42,460 nucleotides of DNA from assembly GCA_030141605.1 (NCBI GenBank), contig JAQGDQ010001402.1, positions 1-42,460 on the forward strand. The letters are read 5' to 3'. Each line of letters begins with the position of its first letter. The stretch's first letter is position 1. This DNA is from Tubiluchus corallicola. Taxonomy: Eukaryota > Animalia > Priapulida. A program made the translations under genes and the position numbers. Under the pieces are notes generated by a model. That model ran no database searches and was not told where the DNA came from. It saw only the letters and a list, made by a program, of their open reading frames with translations. Below, one piece after another: positions 9,853 through 21,802 of the stretch.

Positions 9853-12800
9853 ATTCTGGTTTTTGCACTATGATGAATTTTTCATGCCTTAATATGGCAC
9901 TGGTTTGTGACCCTGAATGTTTGGGAAACCTCACGCCAACATATTTGCACGAAATAGCTCTGTCTATTTTTATATGACTGGTATTTATGTGAAACATTAT
10001 CAAACATAAACTTTTAAATAAAATATGTTACATAATGGAAATTGAATTACTAAGCGAATCGCCCAAGCGCCTCTTAGCACTCATTTCCTATGACGTCCTG
10101 TTTCCTATTGCTATTTTCTCGCGCGCTTTTGTATTAATTTGTACTTGAATAATTTTTGCCACTGAAATGAAGTCACTCATAAAAATCAAGGTTTTGTGCT
10201 CAACAAAAATTATTTCTGTCGTTCATGAGTTTGTAAATTTACATAATTACATGACTGCTTCTATTGCCACAATATTTTTGCATAAAAATATTTTTCACTT
10301 CGGTTGTTACTAGGGTATGGATCATGGGTTATTTGAAATGAAGCTATTTGTTACGAAATATTTCTAGTTACAGATCTGTTCTTAGAGTTAATAATTTGAC
10401 TAAACGCTTGTACTCGTAAATCTTCTCAACACAGTTGCGTTGCTATAGAATTTAAGCAGGTCAGTTCACTGATTTTGACTGTGAGGTGTTTAGGGGTACT
10501 TCAAAGATGAAAATTGTTATTACAAGGTTAACTAATGAAGAAAACAAACAATGTTTTCACAATGAATAATAATCGTTTAATTCGATGCACACAAAGACGA
10601 GGTTATATAATGCAGAGGCGAAGAACAGTACCGATCACAATATCAATAACAAAGCTGATTCACGAAAATTATCAATACACGCCATGGTTATTTTACATTG
10701 AATAAGATGCACCTAAAAGTACAGACACATGTATGCGTGGCACCAAAACTGCAAATAAAAATACGCGCCTTATACTTAGAAGTTAATGGATGTTAATCTT
10801 TAATTTCTTTTTTCCTGCCAATAGATGACGCCACAAGTTTTGCATATTGCATGATACCAGTGCAGAATTTAATTTAGCTAATAGTATGTTGCAATAGCAA
10901 TTATAAGGAATAAGAAAACTTGTATTTCAAGTTAAAAGTATGAATTCACGTCCAAGCAATGCACGTGACTAAAAACAAATACAAACTGTAGCCTGACCAA
11001 AAGTAAAAAAAAGGCATAACTATTATACAAGTAACAAAAAAACGAAGTGATTGCAATGAACACGCAGAAATTTTGAAAAAAAGTAAAAATGGCGGTAGCC
11101 AGTCAAGCAACAATTCCCTGAATAATTCACATTAATACTGCTAATGAATGGTACAGTTACATGATAATAGAGTAACTGAAAAATGGGTACAATGGTATTT
11201 CTGCATCTTTTTCCAATACAGTTACATTACTATAACTTGCAAACAGCAACTGTTGAACTACATGCAAAGTGTCAGTGAATTATGACACCACGAGAAGAAT
11301 AAGTGCAAATATTGTTAGCAGTTTGCAAAAGTGGGTTTTTGCACAAAAAAGCGTGAAATACCTCACAAATTAAACCACAACAACTTGTCAGACGAGGAAA
11401 GATGGAGTGAAAAAATGAACATCTATATGACTAGACAGATGTGACGTAATGCAACTACGCAAAGGGCGGATGTATAACCCCCCTCCCGCACGTGGTCGCG
11501 TAATTTGCACAGATTTCCTCATCTTTAAGAAAAAAGATCAAGTTTAATTTAATAACTGAAAGTAATTATAAAAGAAACAGTGGTAAAATTAAACTCGAAC
11601 CAGCTTCAGGGCTATTTTTAAAATCGAAAGAAGCGATCTGAAGTTTCCCTGCTACTGATCTGGTAGACTCATCAGATAAAACTGCTGATTGGTTTACACA
11701 AGGATCGGTTAGGCATGGCGTAAGCAAAGTGAAAAATAACCGACAGCAAAACAGTTAAAATAAACTAAAATTGAAAGCGACTTCGATCATTTCTCCACAT
11801 GCCAGTGAGCTAATTCCAAACAGCTGCAGTGTGAAAAACACAAAATCTCACAGTTAGTAAATTTACAGAAATTGATCTACATCAAACAAAAACCCACCCA
11901 GCGCTACATATTTCAGATTATTTCAGAAAAAAGTTCAGCAAGTGCACGGTACACACGTAACAACTGTGACCAATTCACTTTTAAAATTTCTCAAAGTGGG
12001 CCAAAAAGAAGTAGTAGGAACAGCACCACGTTGCTGCACAGTGTGAAGAAATGACTAATCTACCTGTACTGGGCAGAAAACGGAAGGATTAAGCGAAAAC
12101 CACCAAAAATACCTCCTAATTTTGAATAAAGAACGATTATTTTAATACCAGGGATTATGTGTCGACAGTCACAGTGCTGACATCTTTTAATCAAAATGGG
12201 ATTATGATCACACAGCTCCTGTGGGGGTTATCTTTTCATCACACCCTGTACAAGAAATACCAGCAGTTTATGTCATGAAAACTACAGGTATCGAGCTTAG
12301 TTAAAAAAAATTTCCCGTCAATTTTTAATCATTAAAAAGACAGGTCAGTTAAGTGACTCATGTAGAGAAAATGCGCAGTTTTTGTTTAGGAAGTTGTAGA
12401 AATACTAAATTTCACTTATCAAGCACAAAATGACAAAACTGGTTGTTCTTATATATACATATGCAAAACAATACTACACTAAATATATAAACCTGATAAG
12501 TTATAAATGTTTACTGTTGACGCCGCCTATTTTGACAGTATGCACAAATCTATATTGTAAACACATTCAGCAAAACATAATTGAAATTACAACACTGTAA
12601 TTAAACATCAAAGTATTTTTTCTATATTATAATAATTATATACCTAAACAAGTATGTATACAAAATGGTAGTCAAGGCCTAAATAGTGCTATATCTAAAA
12701 CGTTGTGACTTAGAATCAAACTGACTTAAACTAGGCACTACTAAACTGTATGCAGTGCAGAAAAATGTCGAAACTAAATTAACATCTATTCTATATCAAC

Positions 12801-14437
12801 AGCAGTAAAGTATCAAAAAATTGTATCTCACAGTGACTAAAACAGCATTCAACCATAACATGGGAAAAGTGCTCACAGTTTAGCAAGTGAAGGATGTATC
12901 TCTCGCTAAACGTAAATGAAACTGAACATCCGTTCGCAAATCAAATCTCAATAACTAACAGCAATTCTTAGTGACACAATAATACTAAAACACACATCAC
13001 AACTATACAATTTGTATAATAAGTTTGCAGTTAAACTATTGTAAAACACATACATAAACACAACTTGTGAACACAATGCAATGAGCAAAAGGTGCAATCT
13101 CAACTCGATCTAGGGAAATACATGTTATTCGCAAGAAACAAAGATTTATGTATATACGTCCACAACAACAACACGTACTATAGATGCATTAGCCAATAAA
13201 AACAGACTAGCTTACAATATAGAACTCATGATTTTACACATATTAAATGGGATAATGGAGACATCATTTTTACATATATCCATAATTATACATAATAATT
13301 CAAAAGCAAAGACACACAAGAGTGTAGTAGCAAATGATGACTATTATTTTGTTTACAAGTCGATAATTTTGATTACCGTCACACACTTATGGCCGATAAA
13401 TAACAAACCAAAGTTACTGGTGACCAAAATGCTCACGGTCAACTGTTTCAATGAATGATTCTTAGCTGCAAATTCGTTCACAAATTGCCGCAAGCTATAT
13501 GATAATTTATTTTGCAGACTTCATCATAAGATCAAATTTTTGCATACCATACTAAGCCTCTTAGATATAAATGCAATATGAACAGTCCATTCTAAATCTT
13601 GCTGTGATACCTGCATGACCCAAATTGATTCTAGATACTTCTTGCTAAAACTTTTCGTCTTTGAAATATATATATTCTATAGATACTATGTAACTATTAA
13701 CACCCTGTACGCTAAAATATTATTTCTAGGGAAAAATGCATAGCACAGAACAGATTAAATGCTACAAATTTTTAAAATTTTGCAAATACACAGTAAATTT
13801 TACCCGGTGTTTGTTGCTTGTACAGTAAAAATGAGGAAATAAGATTATTAACTATCGGGTTTGAATTCGCAGGAACATATAATATAAGAAGCAGGTTTAG
13901 TTACGTCTTTCTTTGGCATCTAATTTTTGGCCATTAAGGAAAGGAAAACTAATGCTTTACGAGGTATGCAGAGAAAAGTACAGTACAAAAAACCGACGAC
14001 GAATCTGAAAACAACATATCAAAGAATATTCAACACATATCAAGGCCAAGTATCAAACGTTATCTAAAACTATAGATGAATTTGCAGTATAAAACAATAC
14101 GAGAAAAAAATCATATCATTTACGCTTTATGCTCTCCACAGTAACTCGTGAATTGTACACCAACTTCTGCTACAATGGTTTAGAATCCTCGCGCTAGGTG
14201 GCAGCACTGCCTATGTGGCCTTCTGCTTTTTGCCTCCGATGGTTTGCTGGATCGTTGATAACACTTTCTTGGAGACCTGCTGGATGATTCCGTGGTACCG
14301 CAATCCCGGAAGCATGACGAGGAATGACACTGGAAGACAAGAGGAAACAAAATATGTCAGAGTGAAAGGTTTATAAAAAGATTTATAAACATTAATCTGA
14401 AATAATCTCGTACACAGTATCTGTATAACTTCACACA

Positions 14438-14909
14438 CAGTCAACCTTGGGTATAAGCAACTCGCTTATAAGGGACCACCAACACCAGTCCCTATTTTTC
14501 GTAATGTTTTTCCTATGTAAAAATCTTCATATATAAGGTACTCGGATGTAAGGGACTTTCGGTTATAAGGGACGATATCTTCAGGTCCCGCATAATAGAA
14601 ACCCAGGTAAATTTCCTCGCATATAAGGGACCCTATGATCAAAGTGAAATTGATTGATTTTTAACCTCAATTTTTCGCAAACTCGGCCTTCGAACAGCTC
14701 GGTTTCCGCGGTCACATACATCTCGCATCACTGAAGGAGCTTCCTACATACCGTTTGCACTGAATATCTAGCAATAATCCATAAAAATATGGGTAAAAGT
14801 ACAGGTCTAGATACACCTTCAGTCTGACTCAACTTTGGCTATAAGGGACACTGGATATAAGGGACGGTTTTTCCGGTCGCGAGGTGTCCCTTATATCCGA
14901 CGTGGACTG
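14438..14909. mobile_element. Tc1/mariner (pogo/Tigger-like) MITE
   Basis: Ends CAGTCAACCTTGGGTATAAG ... CTTATATCCGACGTGGACTG|TA, with internal repeated TATAAGGGAC motifs. Confidence 0.8.
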
Positions 14910-15420
14910 TAGTATCTGCATACATATTTTTTTTGCTCTTACAAGTACCATTTACCTTAATGGTAATACAGCTGTGCAGTGTGCTCAGACATGCGTTCTG
15001 TAAACATTCTAGACAATAACAAAAGCTGAAGCGACACAACTGCACAGAAGAATCTTTAGCAGTCAGAGAATTCTAACAGAGCTGAACTACAAACCAATAA
15101 TGTGAAAAAGTTCTTAAAGGCAATATCTATTGACTCACAATGACATTAATCAGCAATTACTGAATTACGAAGACTAATGGGTCCAAAAAGAAGCAAAATT
15201 TAACATGAAGAGGCATGGCTGTGCCTGCATTCGAACTCGATTGCCATGACAACTATACTACTGACCCACAATAATCATGGTAGGTTATAATTCTATCGTT
15301 ACATGTCAATAATCAAATTCAACATGTTTATTAAAAGTGAGCTTGTGTACTGATAGATTATTTTTTTATAATAAATTTAGATGTGTCATTTGAACGTTTC
15401 CATTTTTTCCTTGGAACAAG

Positions 15421-16355
15421 TAGTGATGGGCGATTAATAGATTAATCGAATTAATCGAGACTACAACCACGCATAAATCGCTATAATCGGCGATTGAACA
15501 GTAATTCAGTCAATCTAGATTAACGGAGAGCAAAATATACGCTTTACATGCTGACTAAAAGGCAGTGTTTTAGCACAAATAAACGGAATTCTTATGTAGT
15601 TAGACATAATGACATAACAAATGATATGTGTAGCTGACATAGCAATAGAGTAGTTAATGAATGGACGTATCTATAAAAATATTTTGCAAGTATGAAAACC
15701 ACATACTTGCAAGGGGTGTGCAAATTGCGGCCCGCGGGCCACTTACGGCCCGCCGAGATAATTTGTGCGGCCCGCGAAGAGATTTGTCAACCTAATGAAA
15801 GTGCGGCCCAGGCAATTAATTGAGTATATCCAGCTGAAGTCCGTGGCACGATCCCAAAGATAGTGTGGGTAGTTTTTTTTCTACTAGATCGGATGCCATT
15901 AACCCTTACAAGACGGTTGTAGCTTAATGTCACTCTAATACACAGACTGTGTGACACACATTACTAATATGCATTGTAATGAAATTACCACTATCTGACC
16001 TGAAAGTAGAAATATATGGTTTGTAAATTAAATTTTAATAACTTCTAAAATAGTTTCTTGAGTGTAGTAGTAATCATGTACGCAGGTCGGGTGCAAAAAA
16101 ATCCTTATTAGGCATTTCTGTACTTGGCTCCTTGATCAAACTGCCTGTGGCCCGCAGGAATTGCGGGAAAGTTTAATGTGGCCCGGCTAGTCAGATAATT
16201 TGCACACCCTTGACATAGGCTGTATTTCAGTGCTGCAATGTTTGAAAAATTTGCGTAAAACACTAAAAAATCATCGCAAAACATTAATCGTGATATCTAA
16301 TTAAAACAACAAGATTGTAATTGAATTTGAAAATTTCAAAATCGCCCAAAAACGA
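15421..16355. mobile_element. Possible older DNA-transposon remnant hosting the hAT MITE
   Basis: Begins TAGTGATGGGCGATT followed by GATTAATC repeats. Degenerate other end AATCGCCCA near 16340-16348, with acaag on both flanks. Confidence 0.4.
15711..16212. mobile_element. hAT-superfamily MITE
   Basis: TIRs AGGGGTGTGCAAATT / AATTTGCACACCCTTG and subterminal GCGGCCCGC repeats. One TSD copy (acataggc, 16213-16220) is retained. Confidence 0.85.
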
Positions 16356-16966
16356 ACAAGTTTGGCTTCAATAATTTTGGCTTCATTCCAACAATCATAA
16401 ATAACCTTGCAATTAAGATTGACGAGTTTTTACATACGTAAATATTGATTTTTATTAAACTAGTTGAGAAGACAGGTGCAATATTTTTACCTACCAATCA
16501 GGTAAGCCAGACATAGGTTGTCAATAAGATTACCTATCCAAGCTGTCATTGCAAGCACTCCCATCACCGAGACAAAATACTGTAATCAAAATTTCAATTG
16601 TTTACAATGTAAATAAATAAAGTAAATAAACCAAAAAACAAAATTTACACATAGATTTACACGTTAGATAAAATAATACATCTAACAACAAATGACTGCT
16701 TTTTGCAACAGTAAAAAAACATAGCTTCTGAAGGCGATCAGTATTTTGGCATACAATTTTCAGTAACGACTATAAAAGCTTTAATTTTTCTAATTACACA
16801 GTTTACAAATAGATTTAAAATTTATTAGTGACTTTTGCAATGAACTTCAGCCCCGTTTACATTGTAATTAAGTAAGTTTAATTTCTCTTTACGTGTTTCT
16901 TACTGTAAAAAGCTTTTAAAGAACAAAGCGAACTGTCTGATTCATGCCAAGTATGACTCTGATAAG

Positions 16967-17185
16967 TTGCTTTTACCACTGCTGTTACGCAAGATATTCT
17001 CAGATCACTGCTCATTGGCTCACAAACAAAATTTATACATCCCTAGACATTTATACGCAAAGGCCAGCCACTTTTTTCCTCGGGCCTCTTATTTGTGGAA
17101 TTGTTTACTAGAAAACCGCATCCCAGTAAATTGCAGTCTCACTTCAAGAAGAGCCATTTATACCCATCTTTCATTAGAAAATTAG
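16967..17185 (+). mobile_element. LINE ORF2 C-terminal remnant (mirror 24608-24826)
   Basis: SHFFPRASYLWNCL resembles the SFFPR...WN.LP tail motif of non-LTR ORF2. Confidence 0.55.
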
Positions 17186-17314
17186 TTGAAAGATTTCTCT
17201 GCATTTAGAGCTGTTCATTCGTGTTTTTGCATTTATACCTGTACTACTTATCCTAAATAACAGCCGGTCTTCTTTGAAGCAGTCCGAATGAAAAACTTAA
17301 AGTACATTAATATT

Positions 17315-17674
17315 TGTTGTGGAGATCGCTGGCATCTATTAGAATTAAATAGAACATTGTAGAATGTTCCATTAGAATAATCGTCTTACCTTGTAGAATG
17401 TTCTAGAAAGGTTCGTCTAGAATGTTCCCTGGCACCCTATATAAGGCGAAGCAGGCCACTGACAGACACATACAGATTCACACGGACGCACACTTACACA
17501 TTCTCTTGTATACTTGTATTTTCAGATACACTCAAACGTTTTCCAGATTTTCACGTTTACTTTAAACATTTCACGTTCCTGTGTTGCAGAATTCTCGCTT
17601 AGTAAACTAGTTTAATTTGATGAAGTGTTTTCTGGTTTTCTCTACGAGACTTCCGAGAGAAACAAAACACAACA
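17315..17674 (+). mobile_element. Solo LTR, 360 bp
   Basis: Termini TGTTGTG...CACAACA, flanks atatt/ttatt (4 of 5 TSD match), repeated TAGAATGTTC motifs, TATATAA box at ~17438, AGTAAA at 17601. Confidence 0.8.
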
Positions 17675-18266
17675 TTATTGCAATCACTTTCTTCGTTTAA
17701 TATCAAATGAGTTGCATCAAAAACTCACAAATATATAAAAAAAGTATGAAAAAAATTGCAATTTTGTTTTGAATGCCATTACGAATGTTTAGTATCGTTT
17801 ACAAAACAACGATTGTAAGTTTCCAAAAAATGCCTTAACAGATGAAGTAAAAAACACTTTTGAAGTTTTTATAGCAAAATTGTTGCATAGTTAAAACAAT
17901 AATAGGTTCAGCCAGTTTGACTTAAAAAAGCATAATAGTTTCAGTTCCTGCCAACAGGTGGCAGAACAAACCTCAATCATAGATGAAAGCAGTAGAACTC
18001 AGAGTCTAAACAAGCAACATGCATTCCAAACACTATTCAAAACCAAGAAAAAATATTTGTTTAACTGACCAGTTGTTGTTTCTCCTGATGAAAGAAAGCA
18101 AACATCTTACAGTAACAACCATGATAGAAATCTGGGATGCCTAAACTTAGACCGGTTGTTTAGTCTTGGACAGTACAGAATTTTAAACAGATGACTCTCT
18201 CAAACAATCTTTCAATGATATTGTTGCGAATACTTCAAAAGAATCAATTATCTCATTATTTTTGCC

Positions 18267-18360
18267 CTGACTGTGCGATGCTTCAAAGATCGCACAAAAC
18301 CATGAAATCCAGCTGACTGTACGATGCTTCAAAGACTGCGCAAAACCATGAAATCCAGCT
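18267..18360 (+). repeat. Tandem duplication of ~46 bp
   Basis: ctgactgtRcgatgcttcaaaga...caaaaccatgaaatccag occurs twice. Mirror at ~23434-23527. Confidence 0.85.
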
Positions 18361-18735
18361 CAAATAACTAAACAGCAATTACATCTCATTGGCGCCATTA
18401 GATTTCGCTAGCTTGCCCTAACCATGAAACATCCTTCACTTCTGAACACGAAGAAGGCGGAAACAGGTCAAAGACCAAATTACGCAAAGACAACTAGGCG
18501 CTAACAGAAACCAGCTACTCACAACTTTGGGTTTCTTGTTCTTCAGATCAGCAAGCATCGTCAGGAAATTGTACACGTGGTCACGAATGTGCAAGATTCG
18601 TGTGCAGATTTCTTCATATTGCTTCTCTTTCTCACCCGTCCTGGAGAACAAAAAATTATCATGAGAAAAACAGTTTAGTCTCTTATTTAAAGACACATAA
18701 AAAACTCAATTCAAGATTACATTAATAATAGCATC

Positions 18736-19895
18736 AAAAAACTTGAAAACCAGAGGGCCATAAGTCAGGACACTAAAAAAACAATTGAAAACCAGAGGGC
18801 CAAACATAAGTCAGGACACTAAAAAAACAATTGAAGACCAGAGGGCCAAACATAAGCCAGACCACTAAAAACAGTTGAAAACCAAAGGGCCAAACATAAG
18901 CCAGAACACTAAAAATAGTTGAAAACCAGAGGGCCAAACATAAGCCAGAACACTAAAAACAGTTGAAAACCAGAAGGCCAAACATAAGCCAGAACACTAA
19001 AAATAGTTGAAAACCAGAGGGCCAAACATAAGCCAGAACACTAAAAACAGTTGAAAACCAGAGGGCCAAACATAAGCCAGAACACTAAAAACAGTTGAAA
19101 ACCCGTGGGCCATAAGTCAAAACACTAAAAAAAGTTGAAAACCAGAGGGCCAAACATAAGCCAGAACACTAAAAACAGTTGAAAACCCGTGGGCCATAAG
19201 TCAAAACACTAAAAAAAGTTGAAAACCAGAGGGCCAAACATAAGCCAGAACACTAAAAACAGTTGAAAACCCGTGGGCCATAAGTCAAAACACTAAAAAA
19301 AGTTGAAAACCAGAGGGCCAAACGTAAGCCAGAACACTAAAAACAGTTGAAAACCAGAGGGCCATAAGCCAGAACACTAAAAAAACAGTTGAAAACCAGA
19401 GGGCCAAACATAAGCCAGAACACTAAAAACAGTTGAAAACCAGAGGGCCAAACACAAGCCAGAACACTAAAAACAGTTGAAAACCAGAGGGCCAAACATA
19501 AGCCAGAACACTAAAAACAGTTGAAAACCAGAGGGCCAAACATAAGCCAGAACACTAAAAACAGTTGAAAACCAGAGGGCCAAACACAAGCCAGAACACT
19601 AAAAACAGTTGAAAACCAGAGGGCCAAACATAAGCCAGAACACTAAAAACAGTTGAAAACCAGAGGGCCAAACATAAGCCAGAACACTAAAAACAGTTGA
19701 AAACCAGAGGGCCAAACATAAGCCAGAACACTAAAAATAGTTGAAAACCAGAGGGCCAAACATAAGCCAGAACACTAAAAACAGTTGAAAACCAGAGGGC
19801 CAAACATAAGCCAGAACACTAAAAACAGTTGAAAACCAGAGGGCCAAACATAAGCCAGAACACTAAAAACAGTTGAAAACCAGAGGCCAAACATA
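18736..19895 (+). repeat. 44-bp minisatellite array (~26-27 units, some 40-bp variants)
   Basis: Unit GAAAACCAGAGGGCCAAACATAAGCCAGAACACTAAAAACAGTT. Confidence 0.97.
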
Positions 19896-20178
19896 CGTTA
19901 TACGACGTAAACTCAATAATGGATTACAGCTTGTGTAAAATTGTTATAGAAAATAATGTTACCCTGAAAGATATATTTAGAAATTTTCATGTATTATCTC
20001 ATAAAATTGTAAAAGGGTGCGAGTTAAGTTCAGATCATACAAAAGATTGTATAAGTTGTATTGAAAACAGGAATTTTAATTTTTTATCAAAGTATCAATT
20101 GAGAGATACGTTAGAATGTGTAGTGCTTTTTCTTAATTTAACTGCTTTGTCTTCTTGTATGTAAATAGTAGTCATGCT

Positions 20179-20179
20179 T

Positions 20180-20263
<84 letters not shown>
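20179..20263 (+). repeat. (TTG)n microsatellite
   Basis: Read directly. Confidence 0.97.
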
Positions 20264-20264
<1 letters not shown>

Positions 20265-20540
20265 CAGTGTTATATTTATTTGTGTCATCTTCACATTGAT
20301 TTTGTAGCTTTGTCTTTATTTTGCTTTTTTTGAAACAGTTTAGACCACTGACCAAACAAAGATGCAAATCAGAAACTATGTATATTATATACGATCACAA
20401 GCATATTAATTAATTCTTTTAAAATCAGATCCTGAACGTTCTCCGATTTTTGACCAAATTATTTTATCATTAATTTTTTATATTATTTGTATAGGCATGT
20501 ATAGTACATTAACAAGCATTAACTTATTGATTTTTTGCAG

Positions 20541-20660
20541 TTTGTTATGGTATCTGGACCCATCAATACTCACGATTCTTTCTATCTACGGTCTGATTTT
20601 GTGTATACTCGACTACGTTGTGCCGCTTGCTTCTGCCAGCGTATTCGATGCGGATAATTG
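20541..20660 (+). CDS. ARL6IP1: ARL6IP1 internal coding exon (equivalent to exon 3), 120 nt, single copy
   Basis: ttttttgcag|...|gtgagt. Encodes LLWYLDPSILTILSIYGLILCILDYVVPLASASVFDADNW; compare vertebrate IIYYLDPSVLSGVSCFVMFLCLADYLVP...NKW (from memory). Confidence 0.9.
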
Positions 20661-20930
20661 GTGAGTCTATTGTGCGCCTGTTTTAAAAATTCAAAGATTA
20701 TTTTTGCCGATGGTCTGAGAGAATGATTTATTGGAATGAAATGTCGTCATGAATGACATAATTTTTATCATATCACAAGTAGGCTTTATTAATTAAGTTA
20801 ATTAATTAATTAGACTGTTAATTAATTAACTTCAAACGTTCAGTTGCAGTACATTATTTGTCTGAATTTAATAAAAACTTTAAAACTCTTTAGTTGCACT
20901 GTATAACTTAAAGACGCATGTGCATTAAGA

Positions 20931-21450
20931 CAGGGATGAGAATTTTGCACGGATACGCGGAATTCCGAGTTTTTGGAAGACCAGTAGTGCCATTTTTGCA
21001 AATCGCGTAAATTCGTTGAGAAAATTTTTACGGACCCAGTACATTATTTCACAAGCTGACCGCTAGTTGGCAGGCCGTCAGTTTGTTTACATCACGTACA
21101 TCAGTGTAACCACGTGTAGATCTCTATGTATAAAAATATAGAATCAATTGTGCGGAGTTGTTTGAGTCAATTGCAGACAGTTTTTATATACTTTTGCATA
21201 GGAGCGGTCAGTACTTAGGCGTTTTTGAGACAATTAGGTATCATGTATCCTTGATAGTTGGGTATTTTAAATTATGCATGAAACAAGGTAATTGATATTT
21301 TAAGTCCACTTAGAGGTTCTCTATGGTCTCAGTATTGCATTTTGTTGCTGACTCCAAGGGGGCTCCCTTGAACCCCATTGGGGACCTAGGTGGCCCCAAA
21401 ACCCCCGGCCTGTTTCAGAGTTTTTTTGCAATTTGTCATTCTCATCCCTG
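20931..21450. mobile_element. hAT MITE in spacer
   Basis: Perfect 13-bp TIR CAGGGATGAGAAT / ATTCTCATCCCTG and perfect 8-bp TSD cattaaga. Confidence 0.93.
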
Positions 21451-21802
21451 CATTAAGAGCGTATGTTTTCCTCTGCGGTTTAAGTAAGGAGGCCATATGT
21501 AGTTATGAGTTCCAGCTATGAAATGAATAATATTACACAATAGGTATTTCTTGCTCATGTTGTTCACGTACATATATTGTCCGTTTTGCAAAGCTGTTAA
21601 CATTTGATTCATAAAAATTCTCCAAAACACTTAGAATTTCGGGTATTCTGCAACAAAAGATGTACCTTTTCAATAAAATAGAAAACAAATTCCATATTTG
21701 CGAGTATTAATACTAGTACTCTTTTCACTAAAAAGTTTGTTGCTGAAAGACTTATATTAACATGAAAGTATGCCCAAAAAATGGCCTAAATTGGTGTAGT
21801 AA

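Larger units (their letters stand above)
14211..18640 (-). pseudogene. ARL6IP1: 5'-truncated duplicate of ARL6IP1: exons 18640-18523, 16579-16495, 14329-14211
   Basis: Exons and splice sites are intact and match the right-arm copies, but no upstream exon lies in this orientation. Confidence 0.75.
19896..21802. other. Single-copy spacer of the palindrome
   Basis: No mirrored counterpart. Contains (TTG)n, one ARL6IP1 exon and a hAT MITE. Confidence 0.93.

Noticed and set aside
19919-20164. 81-aa spacer ORF as missing ARL6IP1 exon or novel gene
   Set aside because: No resemblance to the ARL6IP1 N-terminus. It is AT-rich and ends by a (TTG)n tract, so it may be a TE remnant, but I cannot support that.
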